Counted from the stretch's first letter, positions 48,539 through 58,409 are shown. The stretch: 64,000 bases of DNA from an uncultured Candidatus Poseidoniales archaeon (GCA_963997415.1 CAXEMN010000003.1:804-64803), one strand, 5' to 3'. Made by a program: numbers and translations. Notes: generated from the sequence alone by a model not told the origin.

Positions 48539-50766
48539 GGTCAACACTCAAGCGAGACGAGGACGCTGTTTCAGCAGCTGTTGCCACAGTGTTGATGTTT
48601 GGTGGTGTCCTGTCCATCATTGGCATCATGATGGTTTCAATGATTCCTGTGATCGAAGAATTGGAAGGATCTGTAGAACGCCACGACATGTCTTCACAAA
48701 TGTCACTGCTTGCTCACCAAACTTCTGCACTGAGCGAGAAAGGCATGCCAGGTGATTCGACATCGATTGAACTGATTCCTGTTGATGGAAGTCTTGAATG
48801 GCAGCATTTGCAGAGTGGAATGTGGTACGCAGCAACCTGGCACGAAGACATGTCATTCAGAATGCGGGGTGCGCTCAATTTCGATGATGAGTTAGAAGTG
48901 CGGCATCCCGAATCTGTAAACACCGCTCTTTGCATCGATGATCTCCGCCTTGGGCCTGCAAACCCATTCTATTACACCGTACCAGACTGGGCCGAAAGGG
49001 TGCTGTTCACAGTAGCCCCTGGACTGGCAATCCCACTTGGCCCTGTGGATGTTGACCTCCTCGAGGCGGGTGAGGTAACCGACAACATCCAACTTCGCGT
49101 CGATGGTATGCATGAAATCAATGCCGCCGACTATCAATTGTTCACCCTCGCTTCGAGTCATGAACTCAACGTGTTTGTTGAACGGGGCGACGGAGGCAGT
49201 ACAATGGTGACCCCCAATGATGCGAGCCCGATCGACAACACCGGCCGATCGTGGTCTGTACCGCTACCTGCTGGCACCAGTCGGTTGCACCTCATCAGTG
49301 AAGATGCAAACCAAATCGAATTGAATGATGGTGCATCGACAACGACCCACTACGCACTCCCAAGTGGTCAAAACCAAGTTGGAGTCGCCTTCACACACAC
49401 CATTGTACAGCAAACTGCTGGCGTAGTCCATATTTCCTCAAGCGATGCCTCAAGGCTGATCGTTCAGACCTCATTAGAGAGCGACCAAGGCATAACTCCG
49501 ATCCCGAGCACAGATGGTCAATTCCTTGGTCATGCCTTCATCGCACCGTCTCTTGAGGGAGAAATGGTCTTCACGAATCCGGGAACAACATCGGTCACAG
49601 TGACATGGCGTGGTGGAGGCATATCTGTAGCACCCAATCAGAGTCTTGGATTTGATTGGCCACCTGCAGGATCAAGCGGCGCACCTATTGTTGAAGCAGA
49701 GGGTGATGTGTTCATGACATGGCGGTCTGCAACTTCTGGACAGGGTGCGAATACATCTGGAATGTTTGTTCTTGCTGCTGATGATACCGGAGCTCGAACT
49801 GGCCAACATCACACCTTCCATATCGATGATTCAACCGAACCTCAGTCGGTTCAAATCATGCGTGCGGGACAACTTGTTGAATACAACCTTACAGGTGCCA
49901 GTCAAGCAAGCGGTACGATGTTTGATGACGACGGCATGGCCTTGCTGAATTTGAGTTCGGGCACCTCCACACTCTTGGTGACTGAGGGGCATACATTACG
50001 AGCCACCAGAATAAGCGGCGCACATGGACTCCAGCATATTCAACACGATGGAGAAGAGCGATGCTTGACCATTGGCGTTGAAGCAAGTGGATGGATTGCG
50101 ATGTCACTTCCGTGGACAACGATGAGTGGACGAGGGGAAATTGATGTCAAGAACGCTTGGCGAACTGGCGCCCACCCCTCAAGCATGCAAATCACCCTCA
50201 TTGGAGGAAATGGTCAGTCGACCCACGCGACCATTGGAACGGTTTGGGGATTCCATCTATCGAGACTAGCCTACGGCTTTTCATCATCAATCATGGGCAT
50301 GGAGGTCGCCTACTCGGGTGGAGCAGTGCTGACAAATCATCCTGAATTCGAAGCCTTCGTTGTCGTCCCACCAAGCGATAGAGGTGGTCCTGGACCTAGG
50401 TTTGCCGCAACTGTACCTGCCCTTCACCCGACTGCTGACAGCACGACTGGAGCAGGAGCAATGCATCTTGACATCGAGCTTGTCGATCGCTCATCACTCG
50501 CTTCGACAATCGCCTATGAGATTCGGCGTGGATGGTCAGAGCCTTACGGAACAGCCATTGCCACTGCTTCCGCAGATGGACTGGAATCAAGTGAAGATTG
50601 GACCATATATCCTGGCCGTATTGACCTCTTGACAGATTATGTCGGATGGGTGCCAGATCCAAGTTATGGAACCAGTGAAGCCGTGTGGCATACCAACGGG
50701 GAACCGATTCAATTCACATTGCAGATGTCATCGCTTGACGTCCATATGACGGAGGCGATTTCATGA
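48535..50766 (+). CDS. Large type IV pilin-like protein (putative minor pilin/adhesin, 743 aa)
   Basis: KRDEDA|VSAAVATVLMFGGVLSIIGIMMV; ATGA overlap with the previous gene; SD GGAGGTGA. Confidence 0.78.
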   Translation: MRSTLKRDEDAVSAAVATVLMFGGVLSIIGIMMVSMIPVIEELEGSVERHDMSSQMSLLAHQTSALSEKGMPGDSTSIELIPVDGSLEWQHLQSGMWYAATWHEDMSFRMRGALNFDDELEVRHPESVNTALCIDDLRLGPANPFYYTVPDWAERVLFTVAPGLAIPLGPVDVDLLEAGEVTDNIQLRVDGMHEINAADYQLFTLASSHELNVFVERGDGGSTMVTPNDASPIDNTGRSWSVPLPAGTSRLHLISEDANQIELNDGASTTTHYALPSGQNQVGVAFTHTIVQQTAGVVHISSSDASRLIVQTSLESDQGITPIPSTDGQFLGHAFIAPSLEGEMVFTNPGTTSVTVTWRGGGISVAPNQSLGFDWPPAGSSGAPIVEAEGDVFMTWRSATSGQGANTSGMFVLAADDTGARTGQHHTFHIDDSTEPQSVQIMRAGQLVEYNLTGASQASGTMFDDDGMALLNLSSGTSTLLVTEGHTLRATRISGAHGLQHIQHDGEERCLTIGVEASGWIAMSLPWTTMSGRGEIDVKNAWRTGAHPSSMQITLIGGNGQSTHATIGTVWGFHLSRLAYGFSSSIMGMEVAYSGGAVLTNHPEFEAFVVVPPSDRGGPGPRFAATVPALHPTADSTTGAGAMHLDIELVDRSSLASTIAYEIRRGWSEPYGTAIATASADGLESSEDWTIYPGRIDLLTDYVGWVPDPSYGTSEAVWHTNGEPIQFTLQMSSLDVHMTEAIS

Positions 50767-51236
50767 AGCAAACCTCACTGCGTCGCGATACATCTGCTGC
50801 TGCAACCGAACTTGGATACATTTTCACGTTCCTCCTCGGTGTGATGTTGTTGACCATGTTCAGTTTGTGGGCGTGGGACATTGAGACAGCCACTCGAGAA
50901 CGCTGGAATGAAAATGCAATCCAGGCAAATATGGATGACTTGGCTGCTGCGGTAGAGCGAGCAGATGAAGCAAGTCGAATGGGTTCAATCGACTATGCTG
51001 AAAAAGTCGAATGGCGACCAACTGAAGCGGATGAATCAAGATTCACTCTGGTGCTCACCGACACGAACATCGAACTGATCCACGATGCAGGTGATTTGGA
51101 CACAAACATATCCATTTCAGGCACTGGCGCTGGGACCCATGAAGGTACACTTACTCTTGCTGGTATTGACAGCATTTGGGTGGTTCACTACAACGGCGTG
51201 ACATCGATTGAATACGATCGTCCTCAGCATCAATGA
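50763..51236 (+). CDS. Small type IV pilin-like protein (157 aa)
   Basis: RRDTSA|AATELGYIFTFLLGVMLLTMF; ATGA overlap; SD GGAGG. Confidence 0.72.
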   Translation: MKQTSLRRDTSAAATELGYIFTFLLGVMLLTMFSLWAWDIETATRERWNENAIQANMDDLAAAVERADEASRMGSIDYAEKVEWRPTEADESRFTLVLTDTNIELIHDAGDLDTNISISGTGAGTHEGTLTLAGIDSIWVVHYNGVTSIEYDRPQHQ

Positions 51237-51238
51237 GG

Positions 51239-53764
51239 TCAGCGACCCATGACAGCTGCGTGCACTTGAGCCTGCACTTCCTTCATTCGAGATTTAGCGC
51301 CCAATTCGCGGAAAACAGCCAATGCACGTTGCAGGTATTCCATTCGACGTGGTTTGTCGGGTGCAACACCACCAAGGCGGGAAAGCAATTCACCGATTTG
51401 CATACGAAGGTCATTGGCCTCAGCGATGACGAGTGCTTCTCGGTAATGCTCCATGGCATCCTCTGCTCGTCCAGCATCTTGGAGAACTTCACCTAACAGA
51501 ATGGTAATTTCTACGAGGGAAAGTAAGTCGCCCGCCTCACTCATTGTCTCAAGCGCTGTAGAATAATGATGTGAAGCCACGTCAGCATCGCCAACCTTCG
51601 CATAATATCGACCAAGAACAGCTTGTGCACGTGCATGAAGAACTGCATCCTCATCACCGTCTGTCCGCTCAAAAGCTTCCAATGCATGGTCTCGTGCACG
51701 ATCGATTTCACCAAGGTCAAGGAATGAGCGTGCAAGAATTAATTGTGAACCAATCAAATCTGTGCCGTCTGATTCTTTCAAAATGGCTTCAACCTCGCCA
51801 TAGGCTTCCAGCGCTTTGACTCGATCGTTCTTACGACGCAGGAGGTAACCCATGTTGTTGTATGAGCGAGCTGCCCCTTTTGCATCTTCAAGTTCAATGA
51901 ATTTCTCTAGAGCCTCACGGTGCATACTCAACGCCTTGTCTGCATTGCCTTGCTTGAGAGAAATGTCAGCGAGGGCTGCAAGAATTTCTGCCTCAACAAG
52001 GGTGGATTTAGAGGCTGAAGCAAGTTCCTGTGCTTGGTTGAACACTTCTTCGGCTTCAGAGAATCGGCCGAGGAGCACCAAGACCTCACCTTGCAATTGA
52101 GAGACACGCATGTAGACATTCGAATCGATATCGGAGCCATCGACATTCTCCATAAGTGGAAGAAGTTCCATGTGGCCCTGAGCAACAAGGTTGCGTCCTT
52201 CACCAGCAATGAGTTCAGATGCAGCTTCGTGATCATCAGAGCGGATCAAGTGGTGAATATGTTCGATGGTCAAATCTGCATTCTTTGGCTGTTTAGCGTA
52301 CCATGAACAGCATTTGGAGTGGAACGATTTTCGCGTCGCATCATCTAAACTTCGAAGTAAAAATTCACGGATCAAATCGTGGACGTCGTACGTCTCAGTA
52401 TCAGCTTGCCTTGCAAGACCTTGTTCAACAAGTGAATCCAATTCGTCAGTATCGAGATCTTGTTCTGCGAGTGCAGCAAGTTCAACAGGCTCCCTGTAGA
52501 TGGCCAATGCAGATAGAACTCGCTTCTGTTCAGCACTGAGTTTGGAAAAGATTTCCACGGTGACATAATTCTCCAGTGTTTCGTGGAAGGCACCTGCGGA
52601 TGCACCACGATTAATGAGTTCAAGGACGAGTGGATGGCCACGCGATAATCCGTGAATATGGAGCCACTGTTCCTCGGCAAGTTCATCGAAACTGCTGAGC
52701 AATTTCCGTCCAGCATCCGAATCCAGTCCATCGAGAGGCAGAACAAGACTTGCAATTCGACCCTCTGCATCTTTTGTTGGTACGACTGGCTTGAACGACC
52801 TCGAAAACAATACGAGGGCAATTTCTTCTTCGCTCCCCAGAAGCGCCAACGACATGGCTTGAAACGTTTGGTGAAGGGTTACATCCGCAACTTTGTGGAA
52901 GTCATCAATGACGATCAGTGAGGGGGTACCTTCGAGTGCATCGACAAGAAGTCGAGCAGCATCAGCTGGTTGTGGGACAGGCGTTGCAGCAAGGTAGTCT
53001 GCAAAAGTGGAATTGCCAATGTTGGCCAACCAATCTGCAACTGATTCGAAAAAGGAACGAGAGCCCTCCCAATCCTGACAGCGATGGTAGAGCAAATTTC
53101 TGCGATGCATGAATCGCTCGATGAGTTTCGACGCGACCGTTGTTTTACCGATGCCAGCAATACCGGGAACCAAAAGCGTCGTTGCACGTGCTTCAATCAA
53201 GTTCGCCATGTTGTCAAGTTCTTTTTCTCGACCGTAGAAGTGACGCAAACGCGGAAGGTCGCCCAACGAAGTGACCAATTGCTTTTCCACATGCTTTGAC
53301 AAGTCACGTTCAATGAGATCAGCAGAAAGGGCGCGCGCATCCAGAACGCAATTGTCGTCCATATAGCGAATGATATCGACAGGTCGCATCGAAAAAGGAA
53401 GCTTTTCGTTCACATCACCAAGGGTGGAATGAATCGTTTGTCCGTCGTTAAGAATGGCTCGGAGTGGGAAGGAACGAAGCCTTCGCCATGTCTCTTCACT
53501 GAGGTTCATTCCTGGATCGGTGAGAAAGTAGGCTTTGCGCTTCCTTGAAACTCCTTTGACGTGAGCCTGACGTTCCACGAGAAGTCCTTGATCTTTCAAT
53601 CCAGCAATGGCTCTTGGAACATTTGAGCGAGCGATGGCAACAGCGTTAGCAATGCCCATTTGCGAGAGAGCAAATGGGACCTCGACGCTGTTCTTGAAGT
53701 CGGTGTAGTCGAGAAGATGCAAGAGAATCCTCTCTTGGACGCCGGGTTTAGGGTGAACCGCCAT
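51239..53764 (-). CDS. wHTH - STAND (NB-ARC/MalT-like) NTPase - TPR protein
   Basis: N-terminal winged helix (SQMGIANAVAIARSNVPRAI...RKRKAYFLT); Walker A GIAGIGKT; Walker B LIVIDD; GHP motif; TPR-like helices (ARSYNNMGYLL). Confidence 0.85.
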   Translation of the reverse strand: MAVHPKPGVQERILLHLLDYTDFKNSVEVPFALSQMGIANAVAIARSNVPRAIAGLKDQGLLVERQAHVKGVSRKRKAYFLTDPGMNLSEETWRRLRSFPLRAILNDGQTIHSTLGDVNEKLPFSMRPVDIIRYMDDNCVLDARALSADLIERDLSKHVEKQLVTSLGDLPRLRHFYGREKELDNMANLIEARATTLLVPGIAGIGKTTVASKLIERFMHRRNLLYHRCQDWEGSRSFFESVADWLANIGNSTFADYLAATPVPQPADAARLLVDALEGTPSLIVIDDFHKVADVTLHQTFQAMSLALLGSEEEIALVLFSRSFKPVVPTKDAEGRIASLVLPLDGLDSDAGRKLLSSFDELAEEQWLHIHGLSRGHPLVLELINRGASAGAFHETLENYVTVEIFSKLSAEQKRVLSALAIYREPVELAALAEQDLDTDELDSLVEQGLARQADTETYDVHDLIREFLLRSLDDATRKSFHSKCCSWYAKQPKNADLTIEHIHHLIRSDDHEAASELIAGEGRNLVAQGHMELLPLMENVDGSDIDSNVYMRVSQLQGEVLVLLGRFSEAEEVFNQAQELASASKSTLVEAEILAALADISLKQGNADKALSMHREALEKFIELEDAKGAARSYNNMGYLLRRKNDRVKALEAYGEVEAILKESDGTDLIGSQLILARSFLDLGEIDRARDHALEAFERTDGDEDAVLHARAQAVLGRYYAKVGDADVASHHYSTALETMSEAGDLLSLVEITILLGEVLQDAGRAEDAMEHYREALVIAEANDLRMQIGELLSRLGGVAPDKPRRMEYLQRALAVFRELGAKSRMKEVQAQVHAAVMGR

Positions 53765-53821
53765 ACATCATCATCTCCTCTTATCCTCTTCAACTCTTAC
53801 GGCTCATTGAGCATCAGTTGC

Positions 53822-56800
53822 TCACTGACCAGGCTTGTAGTTTGGATCTGGGACCCAACTGTTGCTGGTTTCATCCCATAGCCATCCCGGGTGAGTTGAT
53901 GCTGCAGGTGCTGCAGCGGGGGCCGTAGTGGCCACAGGATCAACAGTCTGGGCGATTGGAACTGGCTCTTGCCTTGCCTTGGCCCAAGCATAAGGATCTT
54001 CTTCTGGAGCAGCGCCTTGCGCTTCCATACCATCTTCTTCATCAAATTCTTCGTATTCGACTTGGAAGAAGAATGCACCAGCACCGAGCAGCACAATGAC
54101 GGCAACAACTGCAGCGATAATAATCATCAAATTTCCACCGTCAGATTCTGCAGAATCGGAACTCAGTTGGAATTGAGTGTCGGCAGTTGTTCCCGGAGCA
54201 GAGTAGACTTGTCCATCCATCTCAAAAATGATGGCTGCGTTATCCACACCAGACATTTGATTCTTGGCAATGTCCATCGTCCAAGTTCCGTCAGCTGCGA
54301 CTCGAGTTGAGTTCAATCGAACACCCTTTGCATCATCAAAGCGCGCTGCAACCATGCTGTTTGGCAAGCCCTGACCGCTAAACGTTGCCGGGTCAGTTGC
54401 CGACACAGCCCCTGAATCAACACGCTCTGCACTGAAAGCAACAGAGACAACAATGATGTTCACCTTGTATGAATAAGCAACAGAATCGTAAGAATCACGT
54501 GCTTCAAACATCAAACCAACGAGCGACCATTCTGAAATGACGGAAGTAGGTTGGACCCAAGGTGGATTGTAGGTCGCCACACCATCTGCGTTAATTGAGA
54601 CATAGTCTGCATAGAAATCGTCGTCAAGGTTGGTCGCATCATTGAAGATATCGAACAAGAGGTCATTTTCTGCTTCACCTGTACCATCAGGGTCGGAGAA
54701 GTATTTTGTCAAATCGATTGCAGCACCATCACCACATCGGTCGATAGCATTGGAATTAGCGTCACAGAAGACGGTGATCGTAGCGACCCAGCCCTCTTGA
54801 TCGAAGATCGGGGCAATGTTGTCGGCGTCCGTTGGGTTATCGATCGTGATACGAATTCGGCTTTCAGTGGAATAATCCTCACCATCATATGCTCGAATAA
54901 CGAGTTCGTATTGTTGATCATGAATCAACTTCGAAGTGTCCCATGATACAGCCCATGCGCCGTTCGGTGCAAAGTTGGTGACAGGGTTAGGACCGTTATT
55001 CAGCATGAGCCCGCTTGCAAGGTCTTGAATGTCGATTTCAACCCGAGTCACTTGTCCGTCGTTATCTCGAGCCACACCTTGAATCATGTATTCATCTGAG
55101 GCACGAATGACATCGCTTGGGACTGGTTGGCTCACTGAGACAAACGGTAGAGCGTTGTCGTTGTTGATGGTCAATGTACGAGTCTCTGCGGTGCAGATAC
55201 CAACGAGGTCAATGCAGAAGTCACTGTCAGCAGCCCAGATGTTGAAGACGTAAACACCCGAATCCAATTCTTCGAATGCCCAGTCATAGGACCACACCGT
55301 CGAGCCTTCAATAGCGAAGTGTGAGGTGTAGCCATTTGGACCAGTGATGTCAAACCAAATTGATTCAATATCACTGCCCCATGTACCTGTATAAGGATCA
55401 CTTGCAGTTCCTGTAAAGGACACCTTAGCATTACCGTGGGTTGTACCATCGTTTGGTGTTTCGACCAAGATCGTTGGTGCAACGAGGTTCAGTTTGTACT
55501 TTCGAACTTCGATTGGGGAGTAATCCAATCCGTCATAGGCACGGACACGGAAGGTGACATCGCCTTCACCTTCTGGGTGAGCCGACATGTCCCAATCAAA
55601 CGACCATGTCTTGAAGGGGTGATTGGCGAGGGTGATTTCTCCACCTGCACCGGACGTATCGATGGCAGAGTACCAATCAGTCGAACCAGGAGGTTGAATC
55701 TCAACACGCTTGACGAGACCAAATTGTTTCTCATAGGCGACGATATCGAGTGGGTATGGTCCTGCAATACCGTCCCATGCAGTACCTGTGAGTGTCACTG
55801 TGGTTGCGAATGACGCACCATCGCCTTGAGCCACATCCACACTTGGTTTGAGGTTGTCCAAATTGATGACTTCATCAATGCCACCATCGAGGATAATGTC
55901 GAAGGATTTGGTACCTTTTCCAAACTTCATAGCGCTGACACTGTAAAACGGCAGTTCACGGTTTCCTGCATCACAGTGAGAATTGTCCTCAGCGGTTTGA
56001 GAAGTATCTGCAGCATCAACGAACGTGTCACCATCGTTATCGTACCCATCTGAACAGGTATTTTCATCCATGAATTCGGTGATACCGGGAGAGATTGTCA
56101 CTTCTACGTTCGATTCTCCGACCAAGTGGTTCCAGTTTCGATCGATGTAGAAATCACTCGGGAGTGAAATTTCAGGTGTGAATCCGAAGGCATCGGTTTG
56201 TAGTGTGTAAAGCGGTAGCCCTGTTGCATCGCTAATGATGACTGTAGCGTCGGCCACATTGTTGTTCTGAGCTTTGACTTGGTAGCGAACAAGTTCACCT
56301 TCACGAACTTGACTTCCCCATGCTGAGTTTTGATTCTGCACGTGGACTTTACTTGCATCAAAGTTCTGAATATCAGCAAACGAAAAGACCGTTGAGTTGT
56401 CAATAACCTCGAGGGCCATTGGCATGAATGCTGGCGGTAGCGCAGCGGTTGATGGTACTTGCAGACATTCGTCGAGCACGTATGGGCACTCAGCACCTAA
56501 CCATTGAAGGTTGACCGGATAGAGTTCGCCAGCACCTGGATCGGGCATGTATTCGGATTGAACTGTGACCGTGGATTCGGTGATGTTGTAGACTTGAGAA
56601 GCGTTGGTGTAGGTGTTTCCTGAGAAGTAAGCAATCGAACCGTACTTGTTTCCATAGTTATCGTCGTACATGGAAACGTTTGCAGCAATTCCACCAACAG
56701 CAACTGTGTTTCGTTGTGCGTTGACAATACCGCCCTTGATTCGGAATCCATCACCATCATTGTTCATGATGGTATTATCGTAGAGCGTAGCAGAGGACAT

Positions 56801-58204
56801 GAACACGTGGACAGCAGGACAAGCAAAATCGCCTCCATACATCTGGGAATTGCACGTACCGGTGTTGTTGGAAATTTGGTTGTTTGCGAGGTACAATCGT
56901 GCAGCAGTCGGAGTCGGTACGTTCCATCCCTGGTCGTTGAAGTGGTACTCACCGATCAACACAGCCTCTTTTGCTGTGTCTTGAATGGTGTTGTTTTCTG
57001 CAATGACATCAGATGTTCCGTAGATCCATAGACCATTCCAACCACCGATTGGACCGATCACGTTGTTGTGAATGTGAACGGTTGAGGAACGGATACCAAA
57101 TCCAGAGGATTCAGATGCGCCTGAGATTACATTGTCTCGAGCCACCACAATAGCATCATCATAGGCAGTGATGCCAGCACCTTCAGCGGTAGTGATCACA
57201 TTGTTGACGACATTGAGTGTGTGGCGAATCGTCCCGGTTTCTTTGTGGGAGTTGGTGTCAATAGCATTGCACTTGACATCGAAGGTGGAGTTGGTGAGCC
57301 AACCTGATGTGCCCTTGAGGAACACACCGAAGGAATTCTCTCCAATGTCTAGATTATCGAGATTGATGTAGGAATCTTCCATGAACATCACCGTTCGGCC
57401 GCCACCTTGGGTGCTGCAGTCAGGCTCTGTATCGCCTGTGAACTTGGAATTCTTGACGTTCACAGTGGCTAGGATACCTGCACCAGCATTGTATGCTCGG
57501 ACTGCAGATGCGTCGTAGCCGTTCCCATCGATTCCGTTTTGGAACTCAGAATCTTGAAGGGTCGGTGCTGCGAAATCGACAGCTAGAACACTTGATGTGT
57601 TGACATCTTCGAAGGTGAGTCCTGTGGCAGTAATTGATGCGCCGTCGAATACGAGTGCACCATACTGAACTTGTTGGAGAGATGGAACATAGACTGGGTA
57701 TCCATAGGCATCTTGAATGTTAAGATAATTGATTGAAGTGGCGCTGGTGGATTGATCGACCGTGCTTCGAATGATCAGAGCCGAACCGCATGCCGCATCG
57801 GAATTGGTGTAGGTGTTGGACCCGTTGACCAAGCATCGACCTGCTCTCGACCAATCTGCTTCGCTTTGCGGCTTCTGCCAGACCATGCGCACAGGATTAG
57901 AAGATGAACCACCGCTTGCACCACATGCTGTGTCTGCGATACAGATTGCACCTTCAACGTCGATGAATGCACCGACTGGAAGGTTGACACTGGTACCTGC
58001 ATTGATAATGAGTTTAGATCCTTCAGAAACTGTCACATCACCGTTGAGGTTCATTGTTCCAGTCCATGTCTCTGTACCGGTGATGGTACCGGAGGTGGTT
58101 TCATTCACTGCAGTTGCAGAAGGGAGGGAAATCAAACCGGCCATGCTTGAGAGCAAAAGGAGCGCGACTAACGATAGGCTTTTTCGGGATGTATGTTTTG
58201 ACAT
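53822..58204 (-). CDS. Giant (about 1460 aa) surface protein with right-handed parallel beta-helix and Ig-like repeats, C-terminal TM helix
   Basis: Signal peptide; PbH1-like repeats (VVNNVI, IHNNVI, AENNTI, LANNQI); Ig units (LTGTAWD, FTGTASD, IQGVARD; VRAYDG); TM IIIAAVVAVIVLLGAGAFFF. Alternative GTG start at 58216. Confidence 0.82.
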   Translation of the reverse strand: MSKHTSRKSLSLVALLLLSSMAGLISLPSATAVNETTSGTITGTETWTGTMNLNGDVTVSEGSKLIINAGTSVNLPVGAFIDVEGAICIADTACGASGGSSSNPVRMVWQKPQSEADWSRAGRCLVNGSNTYTNSDAACGSALIIRSTVDQSTSATSINYLNIQDAYGYPVYVPSLQQVQYGALVFDGASITATGLTFEDVNTSSVLAVDFAAPTLQDSEFQNGIDGNGYDASAVRAYNAGAGILATVNVKNSKFTGDTEPDCSTQGGGRTVMFMEDSYINLDNLDIGENSFGVFLKGTSGWLTNSTFDVKCNAIDTNSHKETGTIRHTLNVVNNVITTAEGAGITAYDDAIVVARDNVISGASESSGFGIRSSTVHIHNNVIGPIGGWNGLWIYGTSDVIAENNTIQDTAKEAVLIGEYHFNDQGWNVPTPTAARLYLANNQISNNTGTCNSQMYGGDFACPAVHVFMSSATLYDNTIMNNDGDGFRIKGGIVNAQRNTVAVGGIAANVSMYDDNYGNKYGSIAYFSGNTYTNASQVYNITESTVTVQSEYMPDPGAGELYPVNLQWLGAECPYVLDECLQVPSTAALPPAFMPMALEVIDNSTVFSFADIQNFDASKVHVQNQNSAWGSQVREGELVRYQVKAQNNNVADATVIISDATGLPLYTLQTDAFGFTPEISLPSDFYIDRNWNHLVGESNVEVTISPGITEFMDENTCSDGYDNDGDTFVDAADTSQTAEDNSHCDAGNRELPFYSVSAMKFGKGTKSFDIILDGGIDEVINLDNLKPSVDVAQGDGASFATTVTLTGTAWDGIAGPYPLDIVAYEKQFGLVKRVEIQPPGSTDWYSAIDTSGAGGEITLANHPFKTWSFDWDMSAHPEGEGDVTFRVRAYDGLDYSPIEVRKYKLNLVAPTILVETPNDGTTHGNAKVSFTGTASDPYTGTWGSDIESIWFDITGPNGYTSHFAIEGSTVWSYDWAFEELDSGVYVFNIWAADSDFCIDLVGICTAETRTLTINNDNALPFVSVSQPVPSDVIRASDEYMIQGVARDNDGQVTRVEIDIQDLASGLMLNNGPNPVTNFAPNGAWAVSWDTSKLIHDQQYELVIRAYDGEDYSTESRIRITIDNPTDADNIAPIFDQEGWVATITVFCDANSNAIDRCGDGAAIDLTKYFSDPDGTGEAENDLLFDIFNDATNLDDDFYADYVSINADGVATYNPPWVQPTSVISEWSLVGLMFEARDSYDSVAYSYKVNIIVVSVAFSAERVDSGAVSATDPATFSGQGLPNSMVAARFDDAKGVRLNSTRVAADGTWTMDIAKNQMSGVDNAAIIFEMDGQVYSAPGTTADTQFQLSSDSAESDGGNLMIIIAAVVAVIVLLGAGAFFFQVEYEEFDEEDGMEAQGAAPEEDPYAWAKARQEPVPIAQTVDPVATTAPAAAPAASTHPGWLWDETSNSWVPDPNYKPGQ

Positions 58205-58240
58205 AACTGGCACCACTGCTCATGCTCATTCACACGAGAG

Positions 58241-58350
58241 ATATAACACTGCGCCTCTATTGCCCATTTAATTGTATCATTTGATATTAAAAATATCATC
58301 ATTTAGGGCTTAAAAATATCAATTCATACTTAAAATATCAATTTTAAGAT
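58241..58350. promoter_or_regulatory. AT-rich upstream region with TATA box and operator-like inverted/direct repeats
   Basis: TTATAT (minus strand) at 58241-58246; TGATATT-N3-AATATCA at 58282-58298; CTTAAAA(A)TATCAATT at 58309 and 58329. Confidence 0.6.
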
Positions 58351-58409
58351 GGATTTTTCAGGACAATTCAATCCTCAGTGACCCTTTAGTACCGCACGGA
58401 CGAGCGGCT

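Noticed and set aside
47513-51236. Archaellum (fla/arl) operon
   Set aside because: N-termini lack the archaellin GIGTLIVFIAMVLVAAVAA consensus, and no arlH/I/J genes are present.
51239-53764. Firm call as an Avs antiviral system
   Set aside because: No nuclease, protease, TIR or SIR2 effector motif and no defence-island context; kept only as a possibility.
58266-58350. AT-rich patch as a replication origin
   Set aside because: No cdc6/orc1 gene nearby, no ORB-like G-string boxes seen, and it is short and promoter-proximal.
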